Shown here piece by piece: positions 37,597 through 38,061 of a stretch of DNA of 38,061 bases. Positions within the stretch are counted from its first letter, which is position 1, and each line of letters opens with the position of its first letter. The position numbers and the translations under genes are program-made. The stretch spans positions 1 through 38,061 of the forward strand of contig MNYV01000177.1 in the NCBI GenBank assembly GCA_001873285.1, given 5' to 3'. This DNA comes from Nitrospirae bacterium CG2_30_53_67. GTDB lineage: Bacteria; CG2-30-53-67. The notes beneath the pieces were generated by a model. It did no database searches, was not told the DNA's origin, and saw only the letters and a list, made by a program, of their open reading frames with translations.

Positions 37597-37620
37597 GCCA
37601 AAGATAATGCCAAAGATAAT
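37597..37620. repeat. 12-bp perfect tandem duplication
   Basis: GCCAAAGATAAT x2, abutting direct-repeat copy 2. Confidence 0.85.
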
Positions 37621-37682
37621 GCTGAAAGGGCTCTTCCGGCGGGTTACAGATTTATAGGGAGGCGCCAATATCAAATTATCAA
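37621..37682 (+). repeat. 62-bp direct repeat, copy 2
   Basis: GCTGAAAGGGCTCTTCCGGCGGGTTACAGATTTATAGGGAGGCGCCAATATCAAATTATCAA. Confidence 0.9.
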
Positions 37683-37715
37683 AGGCTGACCCTCTATTTT
37701 TCTTATGGCATTCAG

Positions 37716-37744
37716 ATTATAGCTGGAAAAAAAGAGGGAGTCAA
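37716..37744 (-). promoter_or_regulatory. Near-consensus sigma70 promoter inside the orphan IS end, firing leftwards
   Basis: Minus strand TTGACT (37744-37739)-N17-TATAAT (37721-37716). Confidence 0.75.
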
Positions 37745-37747
37745 CTT

Positions 37748-37772
37748 CTACCTACTTTTTTGTCGCAGACCC
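37748..37772 (-). mobile_element. Orphan ISKra4-type terminal inverted repeat (left end of a second/truncated element)
   Basis: Minus strand GGGTCTGCGACAAAAAAGTAGGTAG versus plus strand GGGTGTGCGACAAATTTGTCGGTAA of the IS end 9 bp away. Confidence 0.7.
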
Positions 37773-37781
37773 CTCCTCTTG

Positions 37782-38061
37782 GGGTGTGCGACAAATTTGT
37801 CGGTAAACCCTCAAGCGCACGCCCGCTGCTCCCAGAAATCCTCCCACCGATTGCTCATGATGCTGCATCGAAGGGCGATTATCTTATTTGCCCCTTCGAC
37901 CGTCCAATGCATCCCCGATTGTTTCAGCCTCTGTCCAATCACCGAACGGCATCCGGCCTCAAGCACGCCTGAGCCGACAAAAAGCCCGAGCCTTTTAAAT
38001 TCAGCATACCGCATCCGTTCCTTGTTCTTCTCAAAATAGCCCATTTCTCGGTCGCAAAGGT
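37782..38061 (-). mobile_element. Right end of an ISKra4-family (IS256/Mutator superfamily) insertion sequence
   Basis: Terminal IR GGGTGTGCGACAAA at 37782 just after the transposase stop; element continues past the window edge. Confidence 0.8.
37811..38061 (-). CDS. ISKra4-family DDE transposase, C-terminal part (5'-truncated by window)
   Basis: YF..N..RMRY..F...GLFVGSGVLEAGC..VIG.RLK.SGMHW...GA..I.ALRC; frame open to the window edge. Confidence 0.88.
   Translation of the reverse strand, partial: LCDREMGYFEKNKERMRYAEFKRLGLFVGSGVLEAGCRSVIGQRLKQSGMHWTVEGANKIIALRCSIMSNRWEDFWEQRACA

Noticed and set aside
36624..37682. CRISPR array interpretation of the 62-bp repeats
   Set aside because: Only two copies, ~1 kb apart, too long, and no cas genes in the window

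Overview
Bacterial chromosomal window; gene content suggests a Desulfobacterota/'deltaproteobacterial'-like lineage (inference). From left to right: (1) a chaperone operon dnaK-hsp20-dnaJ(class B)-clpB plus a small membrane protein; (2) an AT-rich control region with a sigma54/enhancer/IHF layout, upstream of a ~19.4 kb, 14-gene Wzx/Wzy-type surface-glycan locus; (3) an S8 protease, a small helical protein, a TPR lipoprotein, ttcA and a DUF4388-TPR-J-domain protein; (4) a convergent pepA-folB-folK-deoxynucleoside kinase operon; (5) a ~1.5 kb mobile-DNA patch. The glycan locus is unusual: a degenerate nucleotidyltransferase fused to the priming phosphoglycosyl transferase, a Wzc with a broken Walker A and no Tyr tail, two non-canonical LpxL-family acyltransferases, two cytoplasmic alkaline-phosphatase-superfamily enzymes sharing an LxDLGYL tail, a DUF362-ferredoxin/B12 radical SAM pair, and only two classical glycosyltransferases. 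The mobile patch holds a nucleotidyltransferase plus an unannotated 55-aa partner that runs through an attC-like site, all bracketed by 62-bp direct repeats. It lies next to an ISKra4-family transposase 3' end whose terminal IR sits 9 bp from a second, oppositely oriented IR containing a near-consensus sigma70 promoter. No rRNA, tRNA or CRISPR array was seen. All calls come from reading motifs by eye; no searches were run.
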